Origin: Pseudomonadota bacterium
GTDB lineage: Bacteria > Pseudomonadota > Gammaproteobacteria > Pseudomonadales > Oleiphilaceae
Assembly: GCA_034189235.1 (NCBI GenBank)
Contig: JAXHVJ010000003.1
Location: 7,828-71,827, forward strand
DNA length: 64,000 nucleotides
Reading direction: 5' to 3'
Positions 46,849 through 59,262 of the stretch are shown here, in pieces. Made by a program: the position numbers and the translations under genes. The notes under the pieces are model-generated. The model saw only the letters and a program-made list of their open reading frames with translations. It did not search any database and was not told where the DNA came from. Position 1 is the stretch's first letter. Each line of letters starts with the position of its first letter.

Positions 46849-47652
46849 TTACAGGTTGGCGCGCCGGGCAATACGGTTGAGCAGGCGCGAGGCCGCAACA
46901 AAGCCGAAACTGGCGGTGACGGGGCTGGCGGCGCCAAAGCCGGAGGCGCAGTCCAGCCGGACCGGGCCGTTGCCGGCCGGTTTCTGCAGGCACACTTCAC
47001 CATCTCCCGCAGGATAGGTGAGCTGCTCAAGTGAGTATACGGCCTCTATGCCAAATCGCCGCCTGGGGTTGCGGGAGAAACCGTATTCCCGCCGCAACAG
47101 GTTGCGAACCTTCGCGAGCAACGGGTCCTGGGTGGTTTTGGCAAGGTCTGCCACCTGAATCCGGGTCGGATCCATCTGGCCACCGGCTCCTCCGGCACAA
47201 ACCAGTGGAATCTTGCGCCGCTGGCAGTGGGCGATCAGGGCGGCCTTGGCCTTGACGCTGTCGATGGCATCCACCACCCCGGACATCTCGGGGGTAATCA
47301 GTCCGGCGGCATTTTTCGTGGTCAGGAAGCCAAAATGGGCCCGGACATCGGCATGGGGATTGATGGCTCTCAGGCGATCGGCCATGGCGTCGGTCTTGGG
47401 GCGCCCATACTGCCCCTCCAGTGCATGCAGCTGGCGGTTGGTGTTGGACACGCAGATGTCGTCCATATCGATCAGCGTCAGGGTGCCGATTCCGCTACGG
47501 GCCAGCGCCTCAGCCGCCCAGGAGCCGACACCGCCGAGGCCGACGATGGCGATGTGGGACTGCCGGAAGGCATCCAGGGCCCGGCGGCCATACAGGCGTT
47601 CTATTCCTCCGAAACGAAAACTGTAATCGTCGGTTTGCTCAGGATGTGTCAC
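46849..47652 (-). CDS. tcdA: tRNA threonylcarbamoyladenosine dehydratase (ThiF-family, TcdA/CsdL)
   Basis: FGGIERLYG...IAIVGLGGVGSWAAEALARSGIG.LTLIDMDDICVSNTNRQ aligns with E. coli TcdA from its N-terminus if GTG 47652 (after GGGGA) is used. The track ATG at 47748 sits inside the upstream terminator T-run. Confidence 0.8.
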   Translation of the reverse strand: MTHPEQTDDYSFRFGGIERLYGRRALDAFRQSHIAIVGLGGVGSWAAEALARSGIGTLTLIDMDDICVSNTNRQLHALEGQYGRPKTDAMADRLRAINPHADVRAHFGFLTTKNAAGLITPEMSGVVDAIDSVKAKAALIAHCQRRKIPLVCAGGAGGQMDPTRIQVADLAKTTQDPLLAKVRNLLRREYGFSRNPRRRFGIEAVYSLEQLTYPAGDGEVCLQKPAGNGPVRLDCASGFGAASPVTASFGFVAASRLLNRIARRANL

Positions 47653-47749
47653 GAGATCCCCGGCCCGGCAAGGGTACAAAAGGTACAAGGGTAAGCCGGT
47701 GCCGATTGTACCCCAGCTCTGGCGGTGGCCACCATGCAGTCCGGGCATA

Positions 47750-47776
47750 AAAAAGCGGACCCGTTACGGGTCCGCC
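47750..47776 (-). terminator. Intrinsic terminator of the acidic lipoprotein gene
   Basis: On the minus strand GCGGACCC-gtaac-GGGTCCGC is followed by TTTTTAT. Confidence 0.75.
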
Positions 47777-47804
47777 TGTGGCTGGTGGTCCGGGAGCTGG
47801 TGGG

Positions 47805-49835
47805 TCACTCCTCGGATGGGGTCGGAGCGGCCAGAACCACCAGGCCCAGTTCGTTCGGCTCGCCCCCCTCAGGTAACGAACGCAGGGCAAACACGCCCAG
47901 ACTGGCATCTTCATTGAAGAAGCCATCCAGGATGGTAGTGTCTCCATCATCGCTGATAGTGAGTGTGGTAGCTCCGTTGGCGCCGATTTCGGTGTCGACA
48001 GATACGGCCTCCAATCTGGCAGTGTCGACCGATAACGGACCGGCCAGCCCGGTCCGACCGACCTCCAGTAGGCTGCCATCGAGGGTGCCATCGAGGGTGC
48101 CTTCGGTTTCACTGCCCATGGTGAGGAAAGTATTGAACTTGCTGCTGGAGAGCAGGAACTCCGGTTGAGAATCCTGAGAATCCAGTGTCATGGACATCAG
48201 CTGCATCCGGAAGCGCTTGCCCGCCACGCTGGGTTGGGTGGCAGGCAGTTTTGTCATCAGGGTCAGCCCGACACTGGAATAATTATCAGACTCGCCTTCG
48301 CCCTCATATATGGCGATGAAGTCCTCGGCTTCGTTGATGAAACCGTCGGCTGGCTCCTCGCCCACGGACACGATGTCGCCATTGTCCGAGATAACCAACG
48401 GGATACCCGTCTCGGCGACCTCAGCCGTCGCCGCATATTCCGGGCCGGCTGGGGTCTGACTGATGAAGTGACCATGGTCTTCTGTCACCGCGGAGACGGT
48501 AACGGTGCCACCGCCCCCGAAAGTCACGGTGTTGACCTGGGTCTCCAGGCTAATGCTGTCTGTTTCGAGCTCCGAGCCGATAAATACCGCTCCGAACACG
48601 GCATCTTGCAAGGCAGCCACTTCGAAACCGGTCGGTTGCCGGGCAAAGAACTCCATGGAGCGAGAGATCTCATCACCGAGTTTCGTGTCCGGGTCGAGGG
48701 CATCGGGTTCGTTGTCATCGTTGGTGTCAATAAGACCATAGCGAACGGCTGCCTCATTGGTCTGGGCAATGAACGTTCCATTATCGCCTGCCTGCACCAG
48801 GTTGTTGACCATCGCGGGCCAGCGCCAACCCTCGTCGACATCAAGCTCCTCTTCAAAATCGCTTTCGACGGAGAGTATGCCGGACTGAGTGAGGGTTCCG
48901 CTGAAGGTCTCATTGACTGCGGTCGACGAAGAAGTCTCGTGACCCAGCGAAAAGGGTGGTGTGTTAATAGAGGTGGCCACAAGGCTGCCATCTATTATGT
49001 CCTCTTCATCGTTCAGGGTGATGGTCACTGCGCCCTCACCGCCGCCAGCAAAGCTGTAGGTGGAAGCCCCGACGCTGTGGCCATAAGAGCCGTATTGGTT
49101 GTCGTCACTATCGCTCATTTCCAGCGAGAATGACACGCTGCGATAGTCACCCGCTACCGAACCGGCATCACCCTTGCCGCCGGCGACGACGGCAACCTTG
49201 TTTTCCACGAAGTCACCGACCTCCGTTTCCAGAATCCCGAACGTTTGGTCAAGATTCAGTCCGGTGGCATCCATGTCGAACTCCTCGACCTTGTCGCTCA
49301 GGCTGGCCACCTCGTCCAGCTGGAGCTGACCCAGGTGCGCGCCGGTTTCGAGGAATTTCGTCAGTATGAACTCGGAAACAGGGGAAATATCCACATCATG
49401 ATCCACCACCTGGGCGCGGAGGGATTGGTTGGCGCCGTTAATGCGCACGACCAGGTTGCCCGCCAGGTTGACACCCTGGGGAAGGGTCAGTTCATAAACG
49501 CCCTCAGTGGACGTTGTGGTGCTTGCCAGTACCTCGCCTACCTGATTGCCCTGGTCGTCGACGCGGATCAGTTCCACCTCGGCATCCTGGATCGGCGCAA
49601 GCCCGCTAATCGTAGCTGCTGCGGGCGATATAAAAAATTCCGCGGCAATCTCGAACAGGTTGCGGGTCTCGAGCCGGCCGATCACGCCAGCCGGAGCCGT
49701 TGCAGTACCGGAAATGGTCTCGCCGGTGCTGACCACACCCCCATCGTCGTTGTCGTCGTCGTCGTCAACGCAGCCTGCAAGGGCTACTGTGGATGAAATG
49801 GCCACTGCCAGGGTGAGTTTTCTGAAACTGGACAT
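47805..49835 (-). CDS. Highly acidic 676 aa lipoprotein, function unknown
   Basis: Start at MSSFRKLTLAVAISSTVALAGC (lipobox), preceded by AAGGAG with a 6-nt spacer. An Asp run follows the Cys. Very rich in D/E/T/S/G throughout. I recognise no domain. Confidence 0.7.
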   Translation of the reverse strand: MSSFRKLTLAVAISSTVALAGCVDDDDDNDDGGVVSTGETISGTATAPAGVIGRLETRNLFEIAAEFFISPAAATISGLAPIQDAEVELIRVDDQGNQVGEVLASTTTSTEGVYELTLPQGVNLAGNLVVRINGANQSLRAQVVDHDVDISPVSEFILTKFLETGAHLGQLQLDEVASLSDKVEEFDMDATGLNLDQTFGILETEVGDFVENKVAVVAGGKGDAGSVAGDYRSVSFSLEMSDSDDNQYGSYGHSVGASTYSFAGGGEGAVTITLNDEEDIIDGSLVATSINTPPFSLGHETSSSTAVNETFSGTLTQSGILSVESDFEEELDVDEGWRWPAMVNNLVQAGDNGTFIAQTNEAAVRYGLIDTNDDNEPDALDPDTKLGDEISRSMEFFARQPTGFEVAALQDAVFGAVFIGSELETDSISLETQVNTVTFGGGGTVTVSAVTEDHGHFISQTPAGPEYAATAEVAETGIPLVISDNGDIVSVGEEPADGFINEAEDFIAIYEGEGESDNYSSVGLTLMTKLPATQPSVAGKRFRMQLMSMTLDSQDSQPEFLLSSSKFNTFLTMGSETEGTLDGTLDGSLLEVGRTGLAGPLSVDTARLEAVSVDTEIGANGATTLTISDDGDTTILDGFFNEDASLGVFALRSLPEGGEPNELGLVVLAAPTPSEE

Positions 49836-50106
49836 AACAACTCCTTGATTAATCCAATGCGCCGGAACCGGCATCCTTATATAAGCAAGCCTCGCCTGGA
49901 GGGTAAGGGAAGTTATGGACCACACACCGGATTCTGGCCCCACCCGTTTGGGGGAGGAATGCCCGCTTTTTGTGTAAAAATGTACAAGAAATGTAACGAT
50001 GGCCATGTAGGATGTAGAAAATTCCTCGAAAATCGGCGGCAGAAGCGTTTCAAGTAAGTGTGTTTGCTGCCAGGTTTACAAAGTATCCGTTAAAGAGGTC
50101 AGGCAG

Positions 50107-51264
50107 TTGAACCGGGTCAGTCAAAGGAGTGTGCTGTCACCGGAAATCCATGAACTGATTGGTCTGATTTATGATGCCGTGACCGATCAGGAGGGTTTCT
50201 TTCCGTTTCTCAGGCGATTTGTCGAGGTGTTTCGGGGGCATGGTGCTGCGTTTTCCATTTATAACCTGGAAAGCAATTCATTGGTGGGAGCCTGGGCGGT
50301 CAATATTCCCGATGAAGCAGTGGCGTTCTATCCGGAGCATGTTGCCCACCAGGATGTGCTGGTCGAGACCGCCATTGAGCTGAAACGCCAGGGTGAATGG
50401 CGCTTTGTTGCCAGCAATCTGGATTCGGGGCCCGGCAGTGACCATCTCGGGAAGAAAACCCTTACCAGGGAATGGCTTGAGAGCTACGGAGCCAGCGAAG
50501 CGGCGGGTGCCATTGGCTGTCTTGACGGGGCCTGTCTCAACTTTTTCGGTATCCAGCGCAATGATCAGCAGCCTGATTTCACCCGGGAAGAGTTGCGGGT
50601 GTTTGACCAGTTCCTGCCCCATATCAACCGCGCCGTGGATCTCTATACCCGGCTGAGCCACCAGCATTTCCGGCTCGCTGCAGAGCGACTCGCCCTGGAG
50701 AGACTCAACCGGGGCATTCTGATCTGCGATGGGGCTTTCCGGGTGGTGTTCGGTAACACCATGGCAAATGACATCCTTGCCCGCGGGGTGGGATTAAGGC
50801 TTGACAGGGAAGGTACACTGATTGCCCGGGGAGCAGGGCGAACCCGGCAATTCTCCACTTTACTGGCCAGGGCGGTGGAAGATTCCATAAGCCAGGGGCA
50901 CGGGCCGGACCGGGTACTGCAGATTCAGCATGGGGAACACCCCGTCACGCTGGTAATCACTCCGTTAGCGGGAGGCGGAGACGATGGTTCCCGGGGTAAA
51001 GGAGCGTTGATTACCCTGCATGACTGGAGCGCCCGGCCGGAAATCAACCCGGAGCTGTTCCGCGATACCTTCAATTTCACGGAAGCCGAGTCGCGGGTGG
51101 CATTGGAGTTGTTGGAGGGGCTCAGTTTGAAGGAGATTGCGGAGCACTCGGGGCGCTCACGGGAGACGATCAAATACCACCTCAACAGCCTGTTCCGGAA
51201 AACCGGTACCCGTCGTCAGGGGGCGCTGATCTGTATGTTGTCCCGTTTTGCCTGGTCCGGCTGA
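50107..51264 (+). CDS. LuxR-family (HTH) transcriptional regulator with a large N-terminal sensory region
   Basis: C-terminal LuxR HTH (TEAESRVALELLEGLSLKEIAEHSGRSRETIKYHLNSLFRKTG). TTG start, so the exact start is uncertain. Confidence 0.8.
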   Translation: MNRVSQRSVLSPEIHELIGLIYDAVTDQEGFFPFLRRFVEVFRGHGAAFSIYNLESNSLVGAWAVNIPDEAVAFYPEHVAHQDVLVETAIELKRQGEWRFVASNLDSGPGSDHLGKKTLTREWLESYGASEAAGAIGCLDGACLNFFGIQRNDQQPDFTREELRVFDQFLPHINRAVDLYTRLSHQHFRLAAERLALERLNRGILICDGAFRVVFGNTMANDILARGVGLRLDREGTLIARGAGRTRQFSTLLARAVEDSISQGHGPDRVLQIQHGEHPVTLVITPLAGGGDDGSRGKGALITLHDWSARPEINPELFRDTFNFTEAESRVALELLEGLSLKEIAEHSGRSRETIKYHLNSLFRKTGTRRQGALICMLSRFAWSG

Positions 51265-51271
51265 GGCGGAG

Positions 51272-51299
51272 ACAGAAAAAGCTGCGCAAGGTGCAGCTT
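51272..51299 (-). terminator. Candidate intrinsic terminator in minus orientation (speA side); the stem also lies just after the LuxR-family gene
   Basis: AAGCTGC-N7-GCAGCTT stem. On the minus strand it is followed by TTTTTCT. Confidence 0.5.
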
Positions 51300-51312
51300 C
51301 AGGCAAGGCCGC

Positions 51313-51350
51313 CCCGGCACACCACATCCCCCGGCACACCACATCCCCGG
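51313..51350. repeat. Tandem 17-nt direct repeat (about 2.2 copies)
   Basis: CCCGGCACACCACATCC at 51313-51329 and again at 51330-51346, then a partial CCGG. Confidence 0.85.
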
Positions 51351-51408
51351 TTGCCGCTTCCAGGGCGGATCGTTCAGGTCTGGTGCAGAGAGGCGACTGC
51401 ACCGGTGG

Positions 51409-53319
<1,911 letters not shown>

Positions 53320-53520
53320 GCTTGCTATCCTGTCAGGAAACCGGGCCGGACGGGTGCCGGGAATATGGGCGCCATTGTAGGGCCAACATCCGTTGGCTGA
53401 AAGAACCGGATGTGGAAAATACCTGCTTCCGGGACGGCATAAATGCTTTGGCTGCCGGGATCCCGGCCCTACAATACGCCCCTTTCAACATAGCCCATGG
53501 TGCGCAGCGGGAGGCAACAC

Positions 53521-54402
53521 ATGACAGCATTGAACGAGGGATGGTTTACCGAGGTCTTTCAGGATCAGGGTACGGCTTTTTCCCTGCAGGTGAAGAAGAA
53601 ACTGCATGAGGAACAGACACCATTCCAGAAACTCGAAATCTACGAGACCGAAACCTTCGGCAACCTGATGGTGCTGGACGGCTGCGTGATGCTGACCACC
53701 CGTGACAACTTCCTGTACCACGAAATGATGACCCATCCGGCCCTGTTCACCCACAAGGATCCGGAAAAAGTGGTCATTGTCGGCGGCGGTGACTGTGGCA
53801 CCCTCAAGGAAGTGCTGAAGCATCCGGGGGTGGAAGAAGCCTGGCAGGTGGAAATTGACGAGCGGGTGACCCGCATGTCCGAGAAGTATTTCCCGGAACT
53901 TTGCGAGGCCAATGACGACCCCCGGGCCAACTTCTTTTTCGGTGACGGTATCCAGTGGATGCGTGATATCGAGCCCGACAGCGTTGACCTGATCATCATC
54001 GACAGCACCGATCCGGTCGGCCCCGCCGAAGGCCTGTTCGCCCTGGATTTCTACCGGGATGCCATGCTGGCGCTCCGGGAAGGCGGCATCATTGTCCAGC
54101 AGAGCGAATCACCGCTGCTGCACACCGGCACCATCATCAAGTCCATTCATGAGGACATGCGCAAGGCCGGTTTCGGGCATGTACAGACCCTGCCGTTCCC
54201 TCAGCCGGTCTATCCGACGGGCTGGTGGAGCTGCACCATGGCCAGCAAGCACAACCCCTTGCGTTATTTCCGGGAGGAAGATGCAGCGAACCGCCCGTTT
54301 GTCACCCGCTATTACAACCCGGGCGTGCATCACGGTGCCCTGGCCATGCCCCAGTTCATGCTGGAGGCTTTGGGGGATCCGGTTATTCCGGGGGAAGCGT
54401 GA
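53521..54402 (+). CDS. speE: Polyamine aminopropyltransferase (spermidine synthase)
   Basis: Start at MTALNEGWFTE. Motifs LDG, VVIVGGGDCGTLKEV, IIIDSTDPVGPAE. Confidence 0.9.
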   Translation: MTALNEGWFTEVFQDQGTAFSLQVKKKLHEEQTPFQKLEIYETETFGNLMVLDGCVMLTTRDNFLYHEMMTHPALFTHKDPEKVVIVGGGDCGTLKEVLKHPGVEEAWQVEIDERVTRMSEKYFPELCEANDDPRANFFFGDGIQWMRDIEPDSVDLIIIDSTDPVGPAEGLFALDFYRDAMLALREGGIIVQQSESPLLHTGTIIKSIHEDMRKAGFGHVQTLPFPQPVYPTGWWSCTMASKHNPLRYFREEDAANRPFVTRYYNPGVHHGALAMPQFMLEALGDPVIPGEA

Positions 54403-54501
54403 CGCAAAATCAGACCACTTCCCGAGTCTGATATAGACTTCAGGCAGTGATCGCCTTTCGATCATTCGCATTGGTTCTGGCCAAAGGAAGGTGTGGAGAA
54501 G

Positions 54502-54535
54502 CAGGGGTCAGATGAGCGCTTTCATCTGACCCCTG
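54502..54535. terminator. Strong hairpin between convergent speE and amtB (candidate bidirectional terminator)
   Basis: 14-bp perfect stem CAGGGGTCAGATGA / TCATCTGACCCCTG with a 6-nt loop. The flanking T-runs are weak. Confidence 0.5.
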
Positions 54536-54548
54536 TGTCACAGCGGCC

Positions 54549-55820
54549 TCACGGCTTGCCGCTGACAAACTCCGGATAGGCCTCCATACCACACTCGGAC
54601 AGGTCCACACCTTCGTACTCGTCTTCCTCGCTGACCCGCAGGCCGACGACGGCTTTCAGGATGCCCCAGACAACCAGGCTGGCCACGAAGACCCAGACGA
54701 AGATGGTGATGGCACCGATGATCTGGCCGCTGAAGCTGGCGTCACCGTTGGTAACCGGCACCAGCAGCAGACCGAGCAGACCGCACACGCCGTGCACGGA
54801 GATGGCGCCCACCGGATCGTCGATGCGCAGCTTGTCCATGGTCACGATGCTGAGCACTACCAGGACACCGCCGATGGCACCGAAGACGGTGGCCGTCAGG
54901 GCGCCCGGAGTAGACGGCTCGGCAGTGATCACCACCAGTCCGGCCAGGGCACCGTTGAGCAGCATGGTCAGGTCGGCCTTGCCGAACATCAGGCGAGCAG
55001 TGATCAGCGCCGCAACCGCGCCACCGGCAGCCGCGGTGTTGGTGTTCAGGAACACCATGGCCACGGAGTTGGCGCTGGCGATGTCGCCCAGTTTCAGCAC
55101 CGAGCCACCGTTGAAGCCGAACCAGCCCATCCACAGAATGAAGGTGCCGAGGGTAGCCAGCGGCAGGTTGGCACCCGGGAAGGCGTGGATTTCGCCGTTC
55201 GGGCCGTACTTGCCTTTACGGGCACCCATCAGGAGGACGCCAGCCAGGGCCGCAGCGGCACCGGCCATGTGCACGATACCGGAGCCGGCAAAGTCACTGA
55301 AGCCGAGGTCGCCCAGGTTGTATATGCCGAACACAGAGGCGCCGCCCCAGGTCCAGGCACCTTCCATCGGATAGATGAAGCCGGTCATGAATACTGCAAA
55401 GACCAGGAAGGCCCAGAGCTTCATGCGCTCCGCCACCGCACCGGAAACGATGGACATGGCCGTGGCGACGAATACCACCTGGAAGAAGAAGTCCGAGGCG
55501 CCGGAGTAGATGGAACCACCCTCGAAGCCGTCCTCACGGCCGGCGAAATCGCCCAGCACACCGGTAACGTCCACGTCGGCAATACCGGACAGGAAGATGC
55601 TGCCGCCGTACATGATGGCGTAACCGCAGACCAGGTACATGATGCAGGCAATCGCGAACAGCGCGACGTTCTTGGTCAGGATTTCAGTGGTGTTCTTGGC
55701 TCGCACCAGGCCGGATTCCAGCATGGCAAAGCCGGCGGCCATCCACATGACTAATGCGCCGCACACCAGGAAATAAAACGTATCTATAGCGTATTGCAGG
55801 TGAAAAAGATTGCTTTCCAT
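54549..55820 (-). CDS. amtB: Ammonium transporter
   Basis: Start at MESNLFHL. Canonical Amt motifs (DFAGSGIVHM, GAISVHGVCG). Downstream of glnK. Confidence 0.95.
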   Translation of the reverse strand: MESNLFHLQYAIDTFYFLVCGALVMWMAAGFAMLESGLVRAKNTTEILTKNVALFAIACIMYLVCGYAIMYGGSIFLSGIADVDVTGVLGDFAGREDGFEGGSIYSGASDFFFQVVFVATAMSIVSGAVAERMKLWAFLVFAVFMTGFIYPMEGAWTWGGASVFGIYNLGDLGFSDFAGSGIVHMAGAAAALAGVLLMGARKGKYGPNGEIHAFPGANLPLATLGTFILWMGWFGFNGGSVLKLGDIASANSVAMVFLNTNTAAAGGAVAALITARLMFGKADLTMLLNGALAGLVVITAEPSTPGALTATVFGAIGGVLVVLSIVTMDKLRIDDPVGAISVHGVCGLLGLLLVPVTNGDASFSGQIIGAITIFVWVFVASLVVWGILKAVVGLRVSEEDEYEGVDLSECGMEAYPEFVSGKP

Positions 55821-55894
55821 TTGAAGCCCTCCGCACAAGGCTCTGTTCAGGTTATAGGTTTTTTGCGTTGGCTGACTGAGTTGTCAGGTCAGGC

Positions 55895-56869
<975 letters not shown>

Positions 56870-56920
56870 TGCCCCGTTGGTGGGCAGGATTCCCGCCGGA
56901 ACGAACCATGGAAGGTGATT

Positions 56921-58453
56921 ATGCTTGCCATTGTCCACTCCCGCGCCAGCATTGGCGTGTCGGCCCCGGCGGTTACCGTGGAGGTCCATCTCTCGGGCGG
57001 TCTGCCCGCCCTGTCCATCGTCGGATTGCCGGAAACCGGTGTCCGTGAAAGCAAGGAGCGGGTGCGCAGTGCGCTGATGAATGCCGGCTTCGAATTCCCC
57101 GCCAAACGTATCACCATCAACCTCGCCCCTGCCGATCTTCCCAAGGAGGGTGGGCGCTTTGACCTGCCGATAGCCCTGGGCATCCTGGCGGCCTCCGGGC
57201 AGATTCCGGCGCAGAGTCTGGAAGGCTGCGAGTTTGTCGGCGAGCTGTCCCTGGATGGCGCTCTCCGGCCTCTCAAGGGTATTCTCCCGGCCGTGCTGGC
57301 GGCCCGGAGTGAGGGGCGCAAGCTGCTGGTACCCCAGGCCAACGCCGAAGAAGCCGCGCTGGCGAGCCGGGATGATGTGCTGGCGGCTGCCCACATCCTG
57401 GCGGTGAGCGAGCATTTGTCCGGCCGCGCCCGGCTGGTTCCCGTCCCCGGCGCGACCCGGGAGCAGGCCTCGGGCGACCGTCAGCCGGTGGCCGATCTTT
57501 CCGAGGTCCGGGGTCAGCGGGTTCCCCGCCGGGCGCTGGAAGTGGCCGCAGCGGGTGGCCATAACCTGTTGCTGTTCGGCCCGCCGGGAACCGGCAAGAG
57601 TATGCTGGCGAGCCGTTTGCCCGGCATCCTGCCATTGCTTACTGACGACGCTGCCATGGAGGTGGCGAGCGTACATTCGGTGGCAGGACTGCCGGTTCGG
57701 GAGGGGCGCTGGCGGGAACCTCCGTTCCGCGCACCTCATCATACCGCCTCGGCCGTGGCCCTGGTGGGTGGTGGCAGCAGTCCCCGCCCGGGTGAGATCT
57801 CCCTGGCGCACCGGGGCGTACTTTTCCTTGATGAGTTGCCGGAGTTCGGGCGCCGGGTACTGGAGGTACTGAGGGAGCCGATGGAGACCGGCGAAATCGC
57901 CATCAGCCGGGCCGCCCGGCAGGTGCGTTTCCCGGCCCGTTTCCAGGTGGTGGGGGCGATGAACCCCTGTCCCTGTGGTTACAGTGGTCATCCCTCCATC
58001 GACTGCCAGTGCACGCCTTCCCAGGTGATGCGATACCGTTCGAAGATTTCGGGGCCTTTGCTGGACCGTTTCGACCTGCACGTGGAGGTGCCGGTGCAAA
58101 GCGGCGAGGTGCTGATGCAGTCGGGTGCGGAAGAGGAAACCAGTGCTTCAGTGCGTGCCCGGGTGGAAAGCGCCCGGGCACGCCAGCTGGAACGGGGGCC
58201 GCTCAACGCCCTGTTATCCGGTCGCGCCCTGCAGGACGCCTGCCGCCTCGATGCCGACAGCGAGCGAATGCTGGCCAGCGCCATGGAGCGGCTGGGGCTG
58301 TCCGCCCGGGCGCTGCACCGTATCCTGAGGCTGGCACGCACACTGGCGGATCTGGAGGAGGCGGAGACGGTGTCCTACGCCCACCTTGTGGAAGCGCTCG
58401 GTTACCGCCAGCTTGACCGGCAGCAGGGCCGGCACTCGGTGGTATCCGCCTGA
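56921..58453 (+). CDS. yifB: YifB/ComM family Mg-chelatase-like AAA+ ATPase
   Basis: N-terminal Lon-protease-like domain (LPALSIVGLPETGVRESKERV), Walker A GPPGTGKSM, Walker B VLFLDEL, and the C-terminal ChlI-like region. Confidence 0.9.
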   Translation: MLAIVHSRASIGVSAPAVTVEVHLSGGLPALSIVGLPETGVRESKERVRSALMNAGFEFPAKRITINLAPADLPKEGGRFDLPIALGILAASGQIPAQSLEGCEFVGELSLDGALRPLKGILPAVLAARSEGRKLLVPQANAEEAALASRDDVLAAAHILAVSEHLSGRARLVPVPGATREQASGDRQPVADLSEVRGQRVPRRALEVAAAGGHNLLLFGPPGTGKSMLASRLPGILPLLTDDAAMEVASVHSVAGLPVREGRWREPPFRAPHHTASAVALVGGGSSPRPGEISLAHRGVLFLDELPEFGRRVLEVLREPMETGEIAISRAARQVRFPARFQVVGAMNPCPCGYSGHPSIDCQCTPSQVMRYRSKISGPLLDRFDLHVEVPVQSGEVLMQSGAEEETSASVRARVESARARQLERGPLNALLSGRALQDACRLDADSERMLASAMERLGLSARALHRILRLARTLADLEEAETVSYAHLVEALGYRQLDRQQGRHSVVSA

Positions 58454-58524
58454 GCCGACGGACTCTGGTAAACTGTGGCCCGGATTGTTAAGCAGAACCC
58501 GCAGCCTGCGGTTAAGGATTCCAG

Positions 58525-59256
58525 ATGACTGACCAGAAAGAACCGCAAGACCAGAAGGATACCGCGGATTCGCCGGTAACCACCCGCCGTGGTGTTCGCA
58601 GTTTCATTCTCCGTCAGGGGCGTATGACCGAGGGCCAGAAGAAGGCCTTTGACCGGGGCTGGGCCAGGTATGGTCTGAGCCGGGAGGACGGCATGATCGA
58701 TCCGCGCGAGGTGTTCGGCCGTGACGCCATGCTCAACCTGGAAATCGGGTTCGGGATGGGCAAGTCCCTGGCCGAGATGGCCGAGGCCGCCCCGGAACAG
58801 GATTTTATCGGAGTGGAAGTCCACCTGCCGGGCGTTGGTGCCCTGCTCAAGGAAATCGAGGACCGGGGGCTGGAAAATGTCCGTATCTACAACATCGACG
58901 CCAATGATGTCATCGACCTGTGCCTGCCGGATGCCTGCCTTGACCGGGTCATGGTGTTTTTCCCGGATCCCTGGCCGAAAAAGAAGCATCACAAGCGTCG
59001 CTTGATTCAGCCGGAGTTTGTCCAGCGTCTCCGGCACAAGCTCCGGGTTGGCGGTGTATTGCACCTGGCGACCGACTGGGAGAACTACGCCGAACACATG
59101 ATGAAAGTGATGAGCGAATCGGAAGGCTTTGCCAATGCCAGGGAACCGGGGGAGTTTTCACCGCGTCCCGATGACCGGCCGGTTACCAAGTTCGAGAAGC
59201 GCGGCGAGCGGCTCGGGCATGGTGTCTGGGACCTGCTGTTCTATCGCACCAACTGA
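58525..59256 (+). CDS. trmB: tRNA (guanine46-N7)-methyltransferase
   Basis: [23 protein letters not shown] and [10 protein letters not shown] motifs. Confidence 0.93.
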   Translation: MTDQKEPQDQKDTADSPVTTRRGVRSFILRQGRMTEGQKKAFDRGWARYGLSREDGMIDPREVFGRDAMLNLEIGFGMGKSLAEMAEAAPEQDFIGVEVHLPGVGALLKEIEDRGLENVRIYNIDANDVIDLCLPDACLDRVMVFFPDPWPKKKHHKRRLIQPEFVQRLRHKLRVGGVLHLATDWENYAEHMMKVMSESEGFANAREPGEFSPRPDDRPVTKFEKRGERLGHGVWDLLFYRTN

Positions 59257-59262
59257 TCCGGG

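Noticed and set aside
51313-51350. Tandem repeat as a possible CRISPR array.
   Set aside because: It has only ~2 contiguous copies with no spacers, the unit is too short, and there are no cas genes.
58454-58524. CCGCAG-c-CTGCGG palindrome after yifB as a terminator.
   Set aside because: The loop is too small to form a hairpin, and no T-run follows.
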